Below are positions 38,466 to 48,327 of a stretch of DNA of 64,000 bases, in pieces. A program made the translations under genes and the position numbers. The notes beneath the pieces were generated by a model. The model was not told the DNA's origin and made no database searches. It saw only the letters and a list, made by a program, of their open reading frames with translations. How positions within the stretch are numbered: position 1 is the first letter of the stretch; every line of letters starts with the position of its first letter. Origin of the DNA: an uncultured Ruminococcus sp. (GTDB taxonomy: Bacteria; Bacillota; Clostridia; Oscillospirales; CAG-272); the NCBI GenBank assembly GCA_964522215.1, contig CAZFVR010000003.1, positions 43,112-107,111 on the forward strand, written 5' to 3'.

Positions 38466-39860
38466 TTACTTTTTTGCGGCGGCATATGTCTCGGATATGA
38501 ATTTTTCAAACGCGGGCAGCACCAGCTTGTGTCCTTCGAGATTGAGGTGGCTGACGTCAGTGGGCTTCATTGAATATTTCGCTCTGAAACTGTCGCTCGT
38601 CATATCCACACCGGACAGCGCGGGATCGTCTGCGCTAAAGCAAGGCACGCCCTTGAGTGCGCATATCTCACGCATGGCATCGGCATAATCGCCTACGGTG
38701 TTGCCGATATCATTGGTACCCGAGACCTTCCAAGGCGTTACACCCATGATCACTGCGTTGGGGTATTTTTTGATCAGACCATCAATAAGGACGTTAAGCG
38801 CACCCTTAAATGTCTTGGTATCGGTTGAATCGTTGGCGCCGATCGGGGCGAGCTTGTTATAGTCGTTTCTGCCGCCCTCAAAGATGACAATATCGGGATC
38901 GTTGCTTGCCATCGTTTTGTAGCGCACGCACATGGGGTTCTTATCCGTCACGTAATTAGATACGGTCGAGCCGTTTTTGCCGTAATTCGTGCCCTTCATA
39001 TCGTAAATGGTAGTGATAAGAGACGGCCAAACGTGGTTGGGATCAAGTCCGTTGCCCGCAAAATAGCTATCCCCGATAAAGTTGATGGTAAGTCCTTTTA
39101 GATTCGGATATTTGATATTCCCCTTTGCATTGGCGATATATGCATCAAAGGCCTCTTGTTCACGGTTGGATGCGCTGATGGTTCCCGCCTCGCCGGTAAA
39201 CTCGGCGTATACATTCGGGAATTTTGCCGGGGTGAAAGACGTCTTTTGCCCCGAGCGGAAGCAAAGCCTAATATTTTCGTTATCCTTTGACGTGGTGTAA
39301 ACATATGTTACACTGCCATCGGCATTGGCGACCGATATATCACTTGCCGCGTTACCGCTGCCGCGATAATTTGCGCCGTCAAGATCGATGACCCAATCGT
39401 TGTCGACCCACTTCCAGGAGGATATTACATAAGCCGCGGCTGATGCGAAATTAATATCGCCATTTGAATTGGTGTTATCATCGGTAAAGTAGATCTTTGT
39501 TCCTGCTTTTGAGATGGTTATAACGTCGGAATAGGAGTAAGACCCACCGTTCTCCTTTATCTTGTTGACATAGTTCTGCGCGTTCTGGTCGGAGCCGACA
39601 TATCCGCAGTTCCATTTTACCTCAACCATCACAGGCTCGGCGGGAGCGGGAGCTGTGGTCTCGGGGAGTGTGGTGGCGGCTTCTGTCTGTGCGGCGGCAG
39701 TAGTCTCAAGCTCTGAAGCACTTGAATTCGGCGCAGGCTCAGCAGTGGTGGATGGTGGATCGGCAGTGGTGACCTCCCCGTTACCGCCGCTCTTGCATGC
39801 GCACATTAGTGACATTAGCATCATCAGCATCAAGGCACAAAACAAAACAGACTTTTTCAC
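38466..39860 (-). CDS. lipoprotein with C-terminal SGNH/GDSL hydrolase domain
   Basis: Lipobox LMSLMCAC. Thr/Ala/Pro linker. Unassigned beta-rich domain of about 200 aa. SGNH blocks FIGDSY, GKNGST, GGRNDY and DVSHLNLEGH. Confidence 0.65.
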   Translation of the reverse strand: MKKSVLFCALMLMMLMSLMCACKSGGNGEVTTADPPSTTAEPAPNSSASELETTAAAQTEAATTLPETTAPAPAEPVMVEVKWNCGYVGSDQNAQNYVNKIKENGGSYSYSDVITISKAGTKIYFTDDNTNSNGDINFASAAAYVISSWKWVDNDWVIDLDGANYRGSGNAASDISVANADGSVTYVYTTSKDNENIRLCFRSGQKTSFTPAKFPNVYAEFTGEAGTISASNREQEAFDAYIANAKGNIKYPNLKGLTINFIGDSYFAGNGLDPNHVWPSLITTIYDMKGTNYGKNGSTVSNYVTDKNPMCVRYKTMASNDPDIVIFEGGRNDYNKLAPIGANDSTDTKTFKGALNVLIDGLIKKYPNAVIMGVTPWKVSGTNDIGNTVGDYADAMREICALKGVPCFSADDPALSGVDMTSDSFRAKYSMKPTDVSHLNLEGHKLVLPAFEKFISETYAAAKK

Positions 39861-39944
39861 TTTAATATCTCCTTTGGATCACTTGGTTGGATACAGTTGT
39901 CAAATTATAAATACCTTTTTTGTATTCAGTTTTGCGCGAAGCTG

Positions 39945-40574
39945 TCAGCACATTTTTTCGCGATAAACATCGGCGATCGCTCGCGCCGAGCCATCGATAC
40001 CCAAAAAAGAGCTGTCAAGCATCATGTTATAGTTATCGGGATTGCCCCATTTTCTGCCTGTGTAGTAGTTATAGTAGTTGATCCTGCGTTTATCGGTGCG
40101 GGATATAAGGTCACGTGCCTCTTTCTCTGTTTTTGCAGCCCCGCGTTCTATCACTCTTTGTATACGCGCCTCAAGCGGTGCATAGATAAAGACCGAAAAA
40201 CGCGCCGGGTTATTGCGCAGTACATAGTCGGAGCATCTGCCTATCACTATGCAGGGCTCGGATGCCGCAAGATCGCGAATTATCTGCGACTGTGTGATAA
40301 AAAGCTTATCATTGATCGGGACATCTGTACCGATCGATGCAGCTCCGTAGTAAGACGATCCGAGCGCCAGCGTGTAGAGCAGGCTGTTTGTAGCCTTTTC
40401 ATCGGCATGGTCGAGTATCTCGCTGGACATTCCGCTTTTTTGCGCCGCCATCGTTATAAGCTCACGGTCATACGCCTTGATACCGAGCAGCTCTGCAAGA
40501 TGAACTCCGACCTCACGCCCTCCGCTTCCGTATTGACGAGCAATGGTGATAACATAGTTGTTGTTTTCTGACAT
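39945..40574 (-). CDS. cytidylate-kinase-like family protein
   Basis: ITIARQYGSGGREVG...LGIKAYDRELI, typical of the cytidylate_kin2 family. Confidence 0.65.
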   Translation of the reverse strand: MSENNNYVITIARQYGSGGREVGVHLAELLGIKAYDRELITMAAQKSGMSSEILDHADEKATNSLLYTLALGSSYYGAASIGTDVPINDKLFITQSQIIRDLAASEPCIVIGRCSDYVLRNNPARFSVFIYAPLEARIQRVIERGAAKTEKEARDLISRTDKRRINYYNYYTGRKWGNPDNYNMMLDSSFLGIDGSARAIADVYREKMC

Positions 40575-40714
40575 GATTCGGTACCTCCTTGTATTTTAGC
40601 GGCTGTGATACACTGCCGCCGCAAAAAAATTTCTACAAATACATTATACCACACATGCACTTTTTTTGCAATAGCGAATATTGCATCATCCCAAAAGTTA
40701 TTTTATTATCATTC

Positions 40715-40743
40715 TTGACCGCGGCCGCTTTTGGTGGTATACT
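40715..40743 (+). promoter_or_regulatory. sigA-type promoter TTGACC-17-TATACT upstream of polA
   Basis: TTGACC at 40715..40720 and TATACT at 40738..40743. Confidence 0.45.
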
Positions 40744-40813
40744 ATAAAAAGTGATACCGATGACATCGATAACAGAAAGGCCCCTCGCCGCCGCGAGGGA
40801 AAATGGTAAACAT

Positions 40814-43402
40814 ATGAAAAGGATCCTTGCCGTTGACGGCAACAGCATATTAAATCGCGCTTTTTACGGAATAAGGCCGCTATCCACTCACGACGGACTC
40901 CCCACAAACGCTCTTTACGGCATGGCGAACATGCTGATGCGTCAGCTCGCGACCCTATCCCCCACCAATTGTGCTGTGGCATTTGACCTGAAGGCTCCGA
41001 CATTCAGGCATAAAAAGTATGATGCCTACAAGGCGGGCAGAAAGCCGATGCCGGAAGAACTGGCACTCCAGCTCCCGTGGGCACATGAGCTTTGCCGTGC
41101 TCTCGGCTTTACCGTGATAGAAACAGAGGGCTATGAGGCGGACGACATTTTGGGTACGATCGCCGCTAAGTGCGACACCGACAGCGACCCTGACACCCGA
41201 TGTTTTATATTTACCGGTGACCGCGATTCGCTTCAGCTTATAAGCGATCGCACCACCGTCCTGCTCGCGACCAACAAGGAGAATATAAGCTTCGACCGTG
41301 AGAGATTTTTTGTTGAGTACGGAATAGATCCCGAGGCTTTTATCGACATGAAAGCGATCATGGGTGACACATCCGACAACATCCCCGGCATTCCCGGCAT
41401 TGGCGAGAAGGGTGCGCAAAAGCTTATAGCTGAATTCGGCTCGCTTGACGGCGTATATGCGGGTTATGCATCATCGCCCGGCATCAAGCCCGCCATGGCC
41501 GCAAAGCTCGCCGCGGGGCGTGAGTCAGCATATCTTTCACGCGAGCTTGCGACGATATACCGCGCTGTTCCTACCGTACCGGATATTGCAGAGCTTGCCT
41601 GCGGTCGCCCCGATCCCACAGAGGCACGCCGCATACTTACAAGGCTTGAATTTGGGCGGTTGCTTGAAAAGCTCGATCTTCCGCCGGAGAAAGCAAGCCC
41701 CCACATTGTATCCTCCCCCACAGAGAGCATCAAGCTTGGCGACAGGGCGATGCTTTTGGCAATACTCAACCGCATGAGTACCAAAACAATGCCGCAAGAC
41801 GCAACAAGCGAAGAGAAAGACAGCGCTGAATGCACAGCAGTTGCGGTAAACGAGGATGAGATATCTTTATTTGACGGCCAAACGCTTGCCAGCGCTCCTA
41901 TTGACGAGGAATGCATAGCGGCACTTTGCCACGCACGCGGTATATCCTGCTATGACTGCAAGGCTGTGCGCGAGCTGATACACAGATCAAGCAGCGGACG
42001 GCTTGAGTTCAGCACCGATGCCGACATATACGATGTGATGCTTGCGGCATACGTGCTTGATCCGCAGGGGCATTTTGAACTTCCGGCCCTTTGCGAGAAA
42101 TATCTCGGAACATCCGAAGGCATGAGCGATGCCGAGCGTGTGTACCGACTGCGCCGAGCGCTTGACGAAAAGCTTGATGATGAAGCTTCGGTAAGGCTGT
42201 TCCGACAAATGGAGATGCCGCTGGCGGGCGTTTTGGCGGACATGGAGGAGGCGGGCTTTTTAATAGACCGCGCGGGACTGGAAGAGTACGGCAAAGAACT
42301 TTCGGCGCGTGCCGACTCGCTTGCCGCAGAGGTGATGCGCGAGGCGGGTATGGAGTTTAACATCAACTCCCCCAAACAGCTTGGTGAGGTACTTTTTGAG
42401 CGTTTGGAGTTTCCGCACGCAAAAAAGACAAAAAGCGGGTATTCAACGAACGCCGATATACTTGAAAAGCTTGCCCCCGACCACAAGATAGTGCAGGATG
42501 TGCTTGAATACAGAAAGCTCTCAAAGCTATACAGCACATATATTGTCGGTCTTTTAAAGGTAGCGGATGAACACGGCAGAGTACACACGTCCTTTAAGCA
42601 AACGGGTACGGCAACAGGCAGGCTTTCATCCGCCGAGCCGAATCTGCAAAATATTCCGATACGGACAGACGAGGGGCGCGAGCTGAGAAAGTATTTTCTT
42701 GCCGCGCCGGGGCGCGTTCTTGTTGATGCCGACTACTCACAGATAGAGCTGCGGCTGTTGGCACATATATCAGGTGACAGTACGATGATAGAGGCCTTCC
42801 GCAGTGGTGCGGATATCCACACCTCTACCGCCGCCGCGGTGTTTGGTATCTCACAGGCGGAGGTAACGTCGGAACAGCGCAAACGCGCCAAGGCTGTAAA
42901 CTTCGGCATCGTTTACGGCATCAGCGATTTCTCGCTGGCCGGGGATCTCAGCATTCCGGTAAAGCAAGCGCGGGCATATATCGCAAATTATCTTGCATCC
43001 TACCCCGAGGTAAACGCGTATCTTAAGGATATAGTCGCCGAGGCACGGCAAAACGGATATGTAACCACTCTTTTCGGCAGACGCAGGTATATTCCCGAGA
43101 TCAGCGGACACAACGCCGTAGCTCGCAAGTTCGGTGAGCGCGTGGCCATGAACAGCCCGATCCAAGGTAGTGCAGCAGATATAGTCAAGCTTGCCATGCT
43201 GAATGTAAGCCGCAGGATAGAAAAGGAGGGGCTTGATGCAAAGCTGATCCTCCAAGTACATGACGAGCTGATAGTTGAGGCTGCGCAGAGCGACGCAGAG
43301 CGTGCCGCGCTGATACTGCGCGAGGAGATGGAGGGTGCGGCCGCCCTCTCGGTACCGCTGACGGTAGACCTCAGCACCGGTCGCCGCTGGTTTGAGATGT
43401 GA
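40814..43402 (+). CDS. polA: DNA polymerase I
   Basis: 5' nuclease LAVDGNSILNRAFYG and GIPGIGEKGA. Polymerase motifs DYSQIELRLLAH (A), RKRAKAVNFGIVYG (B) and QVHDELIVE (C). Start MKRILAVDG (ATG 40814). Confidence 0.93.
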   Translation: MKRILAVDGNSILNRAFYGIRPLSTHDGLPTNALYGMANMLMRQLATLSPTNCAVAFDLKAPTFRHKKYDAYKAGRKPMPEELALQLPWAHELCRALGFTVIETEGYEADDILGTIAAKCDTDSDPDTRCFIFTGDRDSLQLISDRTTVLLATNKENISFDRERFFVEYGIDPEAFIDMKAIMGDTSDNIPGIPGIGEKGAQKLIAEFGSLDGVYAGYASSPGIKPAMAAKLAAGRESAYLSRELATIYRAVPTVPDIAELACGRPDPTEARRILTRLEFGRLLEKLDLPPEKASPHIVSSPTESIKLGDRAMLLAILNRMSTKTMPQDATSEEKDSAECTAVAVNEDEISLFDGQTLASAPIDEECIAALCHARGISCYDCKAVRELIHRSSSGRLEFSTDADIYDVMLAAYVLDPQGHFELPALCEKYLGTSEGMSDAERVYRLRRALDEKLDDEASVRLFRQMEMPLAGVLADMEEAGFLIDRAGLEEYGKELSARADSLAAEVMREAGMEFNINSPKQLGEVLFERLEFPHAKKTKSGYSTNADILEKLAPDHKIVQDVLEYRKLSKLYSTYIVGLLKVADEHGRVHTSFKQTGTATGRLSSAEPNLQNIPIRTDEGRELRKYFLAAPGRVLVDADYSQIELRLLAHISGDSTMIEAFRSGADIHTSTAAAVFGISQAEVTSEQRKRAKAVNFGIVYGISDFSLAGDLSIPVKQARAYIANYLASYPEVNAYLKDIVAEARQNGYVTTLFGRRRYIPEISGHNAVARKFGERVAMNSPIQGSAADIVKLAMLNVSRRIEKEGLDAKLILQVHDELIVEAAQSDAERAALILREEMEGAAALSVPLTVDLSTGRRWFEM

Positions 43403-43420
43403 TGACACGATAAAAAGCAA

Positions 43421-43469
43421 AAAACGATCAGCCGCCCGATGTCCTTGACATCGGGCGGCTGATCGTTTT
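43421..43469. terminator. bidirectional intrinsic terminator (polA / M29 aminopeptidase)
   Basis: 23-nt arms aaaacgatcagccgcccgatgtc / gacatcgggcggctgatcgtttt. Confidence 0.8.
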
Positions 43470-43528
43470 GTATTATTTGATCAATTATGTTTCAATACAG
43501 CCAAATATTAATATAAAAACTGTGAGGA

Positions 43529-44755
43529 TCAGAATGCCCAGTTGCCGTTTTCAAACACCTTTACACTGCGGCCGTCACGTGTATGAGCGATTATCTCAAG
43601 ATCCGCCGAGCCTATCATAAAGTCAACATGGATCATTGAATCGTTGATGCCCATCTCATGACATTCCTCGATGCTGTAATTTGCATAATCCTTAACACAC
43701 TCGGGGAAGCCGCGACCAAGTGCGAGATGGCAGCAGGCATTTTCATCGAAAAGTGTGTTATAGAACACAAGCCCTGAGTTTTGGATGGGAGAATCATATG
43801 GCACAAGCGCGCATTCGCCAAGGTATGCTGCGCCCTCGTCCATAGATATCATCTGGCGCAAAAGCTCCTCATTCTTCTCGGCATGGACCTCAACGGCGCG
43901 ACCACCCTCAAATCTCACCGAAAAGTTCTCTATCAGCTGTCCCTGATAGGAAAGCGGGCGGGTGGCAACGACCACACCCTCCGCACAGCCGCGCATGGGA
44001 GAGGTAAAGACCTCCTCTGTGGGCATGTTGGGATTGTAGCGAACGCCGCCGAGCGTATTTTCGGCACCGCCGAGGAAGTTGACGTTTTTAATGAGTCCGA
44101 CCTTAAAATCGGTGCCATTGGATGAGTGATATTCAAGCTCCGCAATATCAAGCTCGTTGAGATAGCGGCTCCTTGCCGCCATATCATCGTTGTGAGCCTG
44201 CCAATCGGCAATGGGATCCTCTCCGTCCGCACGCGCGGCGCTGAGTATCGCCTCCCAAAGCTTTTCAACTGCGCGGTTGCGGGTAAGCTCCGGGAACATC
44301 TTTTTTGCCCAACGCTCACCCGGCACGGCCGCAATCACCCACTGATACTTGTTATCCATCTTATCGCGGTAAGGCTTTATGATGGGATATGTCGCCTGGC
44401 TGGTCTTTGCCATCTTTTGAAGGTTGATCCCTGCCAATCCGTCCGGATCTTCTGATTCAAGATATATCATAGCAGGCAGAGCCTCAACGCGATGCTCCCA
44501 ACGCTCGATCTCCCATTTTTCAAGAGTAGTGAGAGTTTTAAGAGTACGATAACGGTAATTTGTTTTAACAAGTGGCTGATAGCTCCACTCGACCATAACC
44601 TTTTTTGCGCCGCACTTGTAGCATTCCTCAACGACCATATGGGCAAATTCCGCTGTCTCGACAGAAGAGTATACCATTACCTCCTGCCCCTTTTGCACAT
44701 TTGCGCCGGTCTTGGCAATAAGCTGTGCGTACTTTTTCATTACTGTCTTTTTCAT
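43529..44755 (-). CDS. M29-family aminopeptidase (AmpS/PepS-like)
   Basis: N-terminus YAQLIAKTGANVQKGQEV and C-terminus CHLALG...MIHVDFMIG, typical of M29. Confidence 0.8.
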   Translation of the reverse strand: MKKTVMKKYAQLIAKTGANVQKGQEVMVYSSVETAEFAHMVVEECYKCGAKKVMVEWSYQPLVKTNYRYRTLKTLTTLEKWEIERWEHRVEALPAMIYLESEDPDGLAGINLQKMAKTSQATYPIIKPYRDKMDNKYQWVIAAVPGERWAKKMFPELTRNRAVEKLWEAILSAARADGEDPIADWQAHNDDMAARSRYLNELDIAELEYHSSNGTDFKVGLIKNVNFLGGAENTLGGVRYNPNMPTEEVFTSPMRGCAEGVVVATRPLSYQGQLIENFSVRFEGGRAVEVHAEKNEELLRQMISMDEGAAYLGECALVPYDSPIQNSGLVFYNTLFDENACCHLALGRGFPECVKDYANYSIEECHEMGINDSMIHVDFMIGSADLEIIAHTRDGRSVKVFENGNWAF

Positions 44756-44824
44756 GCAATTAGCCTTTCTGCGATCTGATATGTTAAGTTCAATTTCTCT
44801 TGTTCGTCATGCCTACGATCGGGT

Positions 44825-46183
44825 TTAGTTCTTGAGGCTGTGGATCGGCGCGGGTATCCTTCCTCCGCGGGCGATAAAACGCGCGGGGGAGCGACGATTT
44901 ATCGGCATGACGGGGGCTGTACCGAGGAGTCCGCCAAAGGAGACCTCGTCCCCGACCGTTTTGCCGACCGCGGGGATAACGCGCACGGCGGTGGTCTTGG
45001 TATTGGCTACCCCGATGGATATCTCATCGGCGATAAGACCGCAAATGACATCCGCCTCGGTATCACCCGGGATAGCTATCATATCAAGACCGACCGAGCA
45101 AACTGCCGTCATCGCCTCAAGCTTTTCAAGGGTGAGCGCACCCGATCTTGCCGCGGCTATCATGCCCGCATCCTCGGATACCGGGATAAATGCGCCCGAA
45201 AGTCCGCCAACATGCGATGATGCCATAACGCCGCCCTTTTTAACGGCATCGTTGAGGAGCGCCAGCGCCGCAGTAGTGCCGGGGCCGCCGCACTGCTCAA
45301 GACCCATCTCCTCAAGAATATACGCCACCGAATCACCGACAGCGGGTGTGGGGGCCAATGAAAGATCGACGATGCCAAACGGCACATCCAATCTGCGGGA
45401 TGCCTCGGCGGCAACGAGCTGACCCACGCGCGTGATCTTAAAGGCGGTGCGCTTTACCGTTTCGGCAAGCTCAGAGAGATCGCAATCCCCCGCCCTTGCT
45501 ATTGCGGATGCAACCGTACCCGGCCCTGATACGCCAACGTTTATTACCGCTTCCGGCTCACTGACACCGTGGAACGCGCCTGCCATAAAGGGGTTATCCT
45601 CCGGCACGTTTGCAAACACGACAAGCTTTGCGCAACCGATCGAATCACGGTCGGCCGTAAGCTCGGCAGTCTTTTTTATTATTCCGCCCATGACACGGAT
45701 GGCCTCCATGTTGATGCCGGCCTTTGTGGATGCGACATTAACTGAGGAGCAGACCTTTTGAGTTTCGTTCAGTGCGTAGGGGATCGATTCTATCAGTTGC
45801 CTCTCGCCGGGTGTGCTTCCCTTTTGCACCAGCGCACCGTAGCCGCCGATAAAGTTAATGCCCAGTGTGTCCGCGGCGCGGTCAAGCGTTTTTGCGATCT
45901 TTACATAATCCTCGGAGGAAAAACTGCCGCCTACGAGTGAGATGGGGGTAACAGAGACACGGCGGTTAACGATCGGGATACCGTATTCCTTTTCGATATC
46001 GTCGGCGACCGAGCAAAGTTTGCCCGCGCGCGTGGTGATCTTATCGTATATCCTATCGCACACGCGGGAGATATCGTCCCCTGCGCAGTCGATAAGAGAT
46101 ATACCCATGGTGACTGTTCTGATATCGAGCTTTTCCTCGTGTATCATATTTATTGTTTCGATAATATCGGTTACATTAAGCAT
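44825..46183 (-). CDS. UPF0210 / DUF711 family protein
   Basis: N-terminus [30 protein letters not shown] and about 450 aa length. It has the canonical partnership with an upstream UPF0237 ACT protein. Start ATG 46183. Confidence 0.8.
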   Translation of the reverse strand: MLNVTDIIETINMIHEEKLDIRTVTMGISLIDCAGDDISRVCDRIYDKITTRAGKLCSVADDIEKEYGIPIVNRRVSVTPISLVGGSFSSEDYVKIAKTLDRAADTLGINFIGGYGALVQKGSTPGERQLIESIPYALNETQKVCSSVNVASTKAGINMEAIRVMGGIIKKTAELTADRDSIGCAKLVVFANVPEDNPFMAGAFHGVSEPEAVINVGVSGPGTVASAIARAGDCDLSELAETVKRTAFKITRVGQLVAAEASRRLDVPFGIVDLSLAPTPAVGDSVAYILEEMGLEQCGGPGTTAALALLNDAVKKGGVMASSHVGGLSGAFIPVSEDAGMIAAARSGALTLEKLEAMTAVCSVGLDMIAIPGDTEADVICGLIADEISIGVANTKTTAVRVIPAVGKTVGDEVSFGGLLGTAPVMPINRRSPARFIARGGRIPAPIHSLKN

Positions 46184-46250
46184 TTTTGAGTGTTTGGCGC
46201 TCCTTTGGCATCGATTTTTGCTGTTTGCGGTGTGATCTGTCTGCCCGTCA

Positions 46251-46520
46251 TCATATATGATGCATGGTGTTGAATATATCCTCATGCATGGTGGAAACAA
46301 CAAGCCCTGCATCATCGCCAAGCTTTTTCATTTTGTCCACGAACTCGCCGAACGGCAGAGTGATGCCGTCAATATCAACGAGCATTATCATTGCAAAATA
46401 TTCGCGAAGAACGCTTTGAGAGATATCTACGATATTTACGCCATCTGCGGCGCATTCCTGTGCAACGCGCGCTATTATTCCAACGCTGTCGCGACCTGTT
46501 ACTGTTATAACTGCTTTCAT
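46251..46520 (-). CDS. ACT-domain protein (UPF0237)
   Basis: [19 protein letters not shown]..., 89 aa, immediately upstream of the UPF0210 gene. Confidence 0.8.
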   Translation of the reverse strand: MKAVITVTGRDSVGIIARVAQECAADGVNIVDISQSVLREYFAMIMLVDIDGITLPFGEFVDKMKKLGDDAGLVVSTMHEDIFNTMHHI

Positions 46521-46572
46521 TGATCCATGTCCTTTTTTTGCAGATTTAAGACTTTATATTTGATACTTAATA

Positions 46573-46601
46573 ATTATATAATCAAACGCGCCGATTGTCA
46601 A
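46573..46601 (-). promoter_or_regulatory. exact consensus sigA promoter TTGACA-17-TATAAT for the ACT-UPF0210 operon
   Basis: On the minus strand, TTGACA is at 46601..46596 and TATAAT at 46578..46573. Confidence 0.6.
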
Positions 46602-46734
46602 GGTGATTTTGACCTTTAGGCGTTAAATTGGGCAAAAAAGCTCAAAGCACCCCGCACTTGGCACCCCTGTGGCGGGATGCAGATCGCCGCAGACAATGTG
46701 CGGAGCGAAATATTTATTTTTTATATAAAAAATA

Positions 46735-46763
46735 TTGCAAACGAGAGCGATATGTGATATAAT
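46735..46763 (+). promoter_or_regulatory. sigA-type promoter TTGCAA-17-TATAAT for the divergent ACT gene
   Basis: TTGCAA at 46735..46740 and TATAAT at 46758..46763. Confidence 0.55.
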
Positions 46764-46846
46764 AGAATGCAATAAAAATGTAATTGCAAAACGTCCGCGC
46801 CGCATGCTCGGCAAAAGGATACGGGCGTTATCGGAAAGGTCAAAAA

Positions 46847-47269
46847 ATGTCGGTACAACAACTATCCGTTTTTATTGAAAATCGCCGCGGCACTCTTTTG
46901 GAGATAACCGAAGTGCTGGCTGCCGCAAAAATAGATATTCGCGCCCTCTCCCTGACCGAAACCGAGGAGTACGGTATTTTGCGCCTTATAGTAAGCGACA
47001 CCGAAAACGCTTATAATGCCATCCGCGGCGCCGGCAAAACGGTATCGATCAATGATGTTCTCTGCATCGAGATACCCGATGATCCCGGCGGACTTATGAC
47101 AGCACTGTGCGTGCTCAACAACAACGATTTAGATGTTGAATACATGTACACCTTCGTAGGCTGTGGCGCAGGCTCACGCGCCAATGTTGCCATACGTGTA
47201 GCAGACAATGCGCTTGGTGCTCGTCTGCTCTCTGAGGCAGGATACACGCTGATCTCAAGCATAAGCTGA
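46847..47269 (+). CDS. tandem ACT-domain amino-acid-binding protein
   Basis: LSVFIENRRGTLLEITEVLAAAKIDIRALS, then a second ACT-like half IPDDPGGLMTALCVL. Start ATG 46847. Confidence 0.7.
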   Translation: MSVQQLSVFIENRRGTLLEITEVLAAAKIDIRALSLTETEEYGILRLIVSDTENAYNAIRGAGKTVSINDVLCIEIPDDPGGLMTALCVLNNNDLDVEYMYTFVGCGAGSRANVAIRVADNALGARLLSEAGYTLISSIS

Positions 47270-47322
47270 CACTGCGCGAGCTAATACACCGCTGCATATT
47301 GAATTAAACTATAATACATCGA

Positions 47323-47354
47323 GAGGCTGTCGCACGCGACAGCCTCCGTTTTTT
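47323..47354 (+). terminator. intrinsic terminator after the ACT gene
   Basis: Stem gaggctgtcgc / gcgacagcctc followed by cgTTTTTT. Confidence 0.7.
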
Positions 47355-47377
47355 ATTCATGCAGCCCGGTCAGCGGA

Positions 47378-48280
47378 TCAGATGCTGACATCGGCATAGA
47401 CCATACAATGGTCGGAGGCGTCAAGCACCTCCTGCCGCGTTTCGATGCTGTGTACCCAAACATTCACCTGCGGGGAGACAAATATATGGTCGATGGGTGA
47501 GCGACGGTTATCCGGCAGCTGACCTATTATCGGATGGAAGGAAAACTGCCCCATGGATGCACTGACGGTGGCAGCATATTTTGCATTCTTCATACCGGAG
47601 GAGGTAATTATGCTGTAAAGCTCCTCCTCTTCCCCTGCATTGAAATCTCCGGTAAAAAAGAACGGGATATCTCCGTATTTTTCAACGAGCACCGCCTGCT
47701 CGGCAAGCATCTGCCTTGCGTTATCCGCACGCCATTTGGCACCATCGACCGCATCCGTCATCCCCTCAAGCTTATATGAGCTCAAAAGTATGGCTGCATG
47801 CGTGTTTATGTGGCCAAGCAATGCGCCGGTAGTCTTATCTCTGAGTATTGCCGCGGTAAGTCCCTTTGTATAAGTAAATGTGGAGGTGTACATGAGCATA
47901 TATGACTCGACCTCCTCAAAGCGGTCGGCAAGGTATGCTATCGGATAGTAGTTTTGCTTGGGGTACTTGGCCGAAAGGGAGGCAAGCTCACTCTCCCGCC
48001 TTTTGTCGGGATCGGGCTGAGCCGTTACAAAGCGGTAACCGATCGCCTCAAGCTTTGGCCTGAAGCTTTCATGATAAAATGCGTTGATCTCCTGAAAGCC
48101 TACGATATCCGGCCTGTAATAGGCGAGATTTTCAAGTATCTTGCCCTCGCGCTCCGGGGCTGTGGCATCAAAGAGCAGATTTGCCGTCATTATTCGCAAA
48201 TTTGCTTTTTCGCACTTTTGTGATCGTTCCATTTTTCGCTCCGTTCCGCCGCTGCTGCGGCTTTTTTCAGTGTTTTTCAA
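47378..48280 (-). CDS. endonuclease/exonuclease/phosphatase (EEP) family protein
   Basis: LRIMTANLLF, IVGFQEIN, FFTGDFN, DHIFVS and SDHCMVYADV. Confidence 0.7.
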   Translation of the reverse strand: MKNTEKSRSSGGTERKMERSQKCEKANLRIMTANLLFDATAPEREGKILENLAYYRPDIVGFQEINAFYHESFRPKLEAIGYRFVTAQPDPDKRRESELASLSAKYPKQNYYPIAYLADRFEEVESYMLMYTSTFTYTKGLTAAILRDKTTGALLGHINTHAAILLSSYKLEGMTDAVDGAKWRADNARQMLAEQAVLVEKYGDIPFFFTGDFNAGEEEELYSIITSSGMKNAKYAATVSASMGQFSFHPIIGQLPDNRRSPIDHIFVSPQVNVWVHSIETRQEVLDASDHCMVYADVSI

Positions 48281-48327
48281 TTCAGCTGTTTACGATCTTG
48301 TGGATCGGCTATGATATTTTTTTGCTG

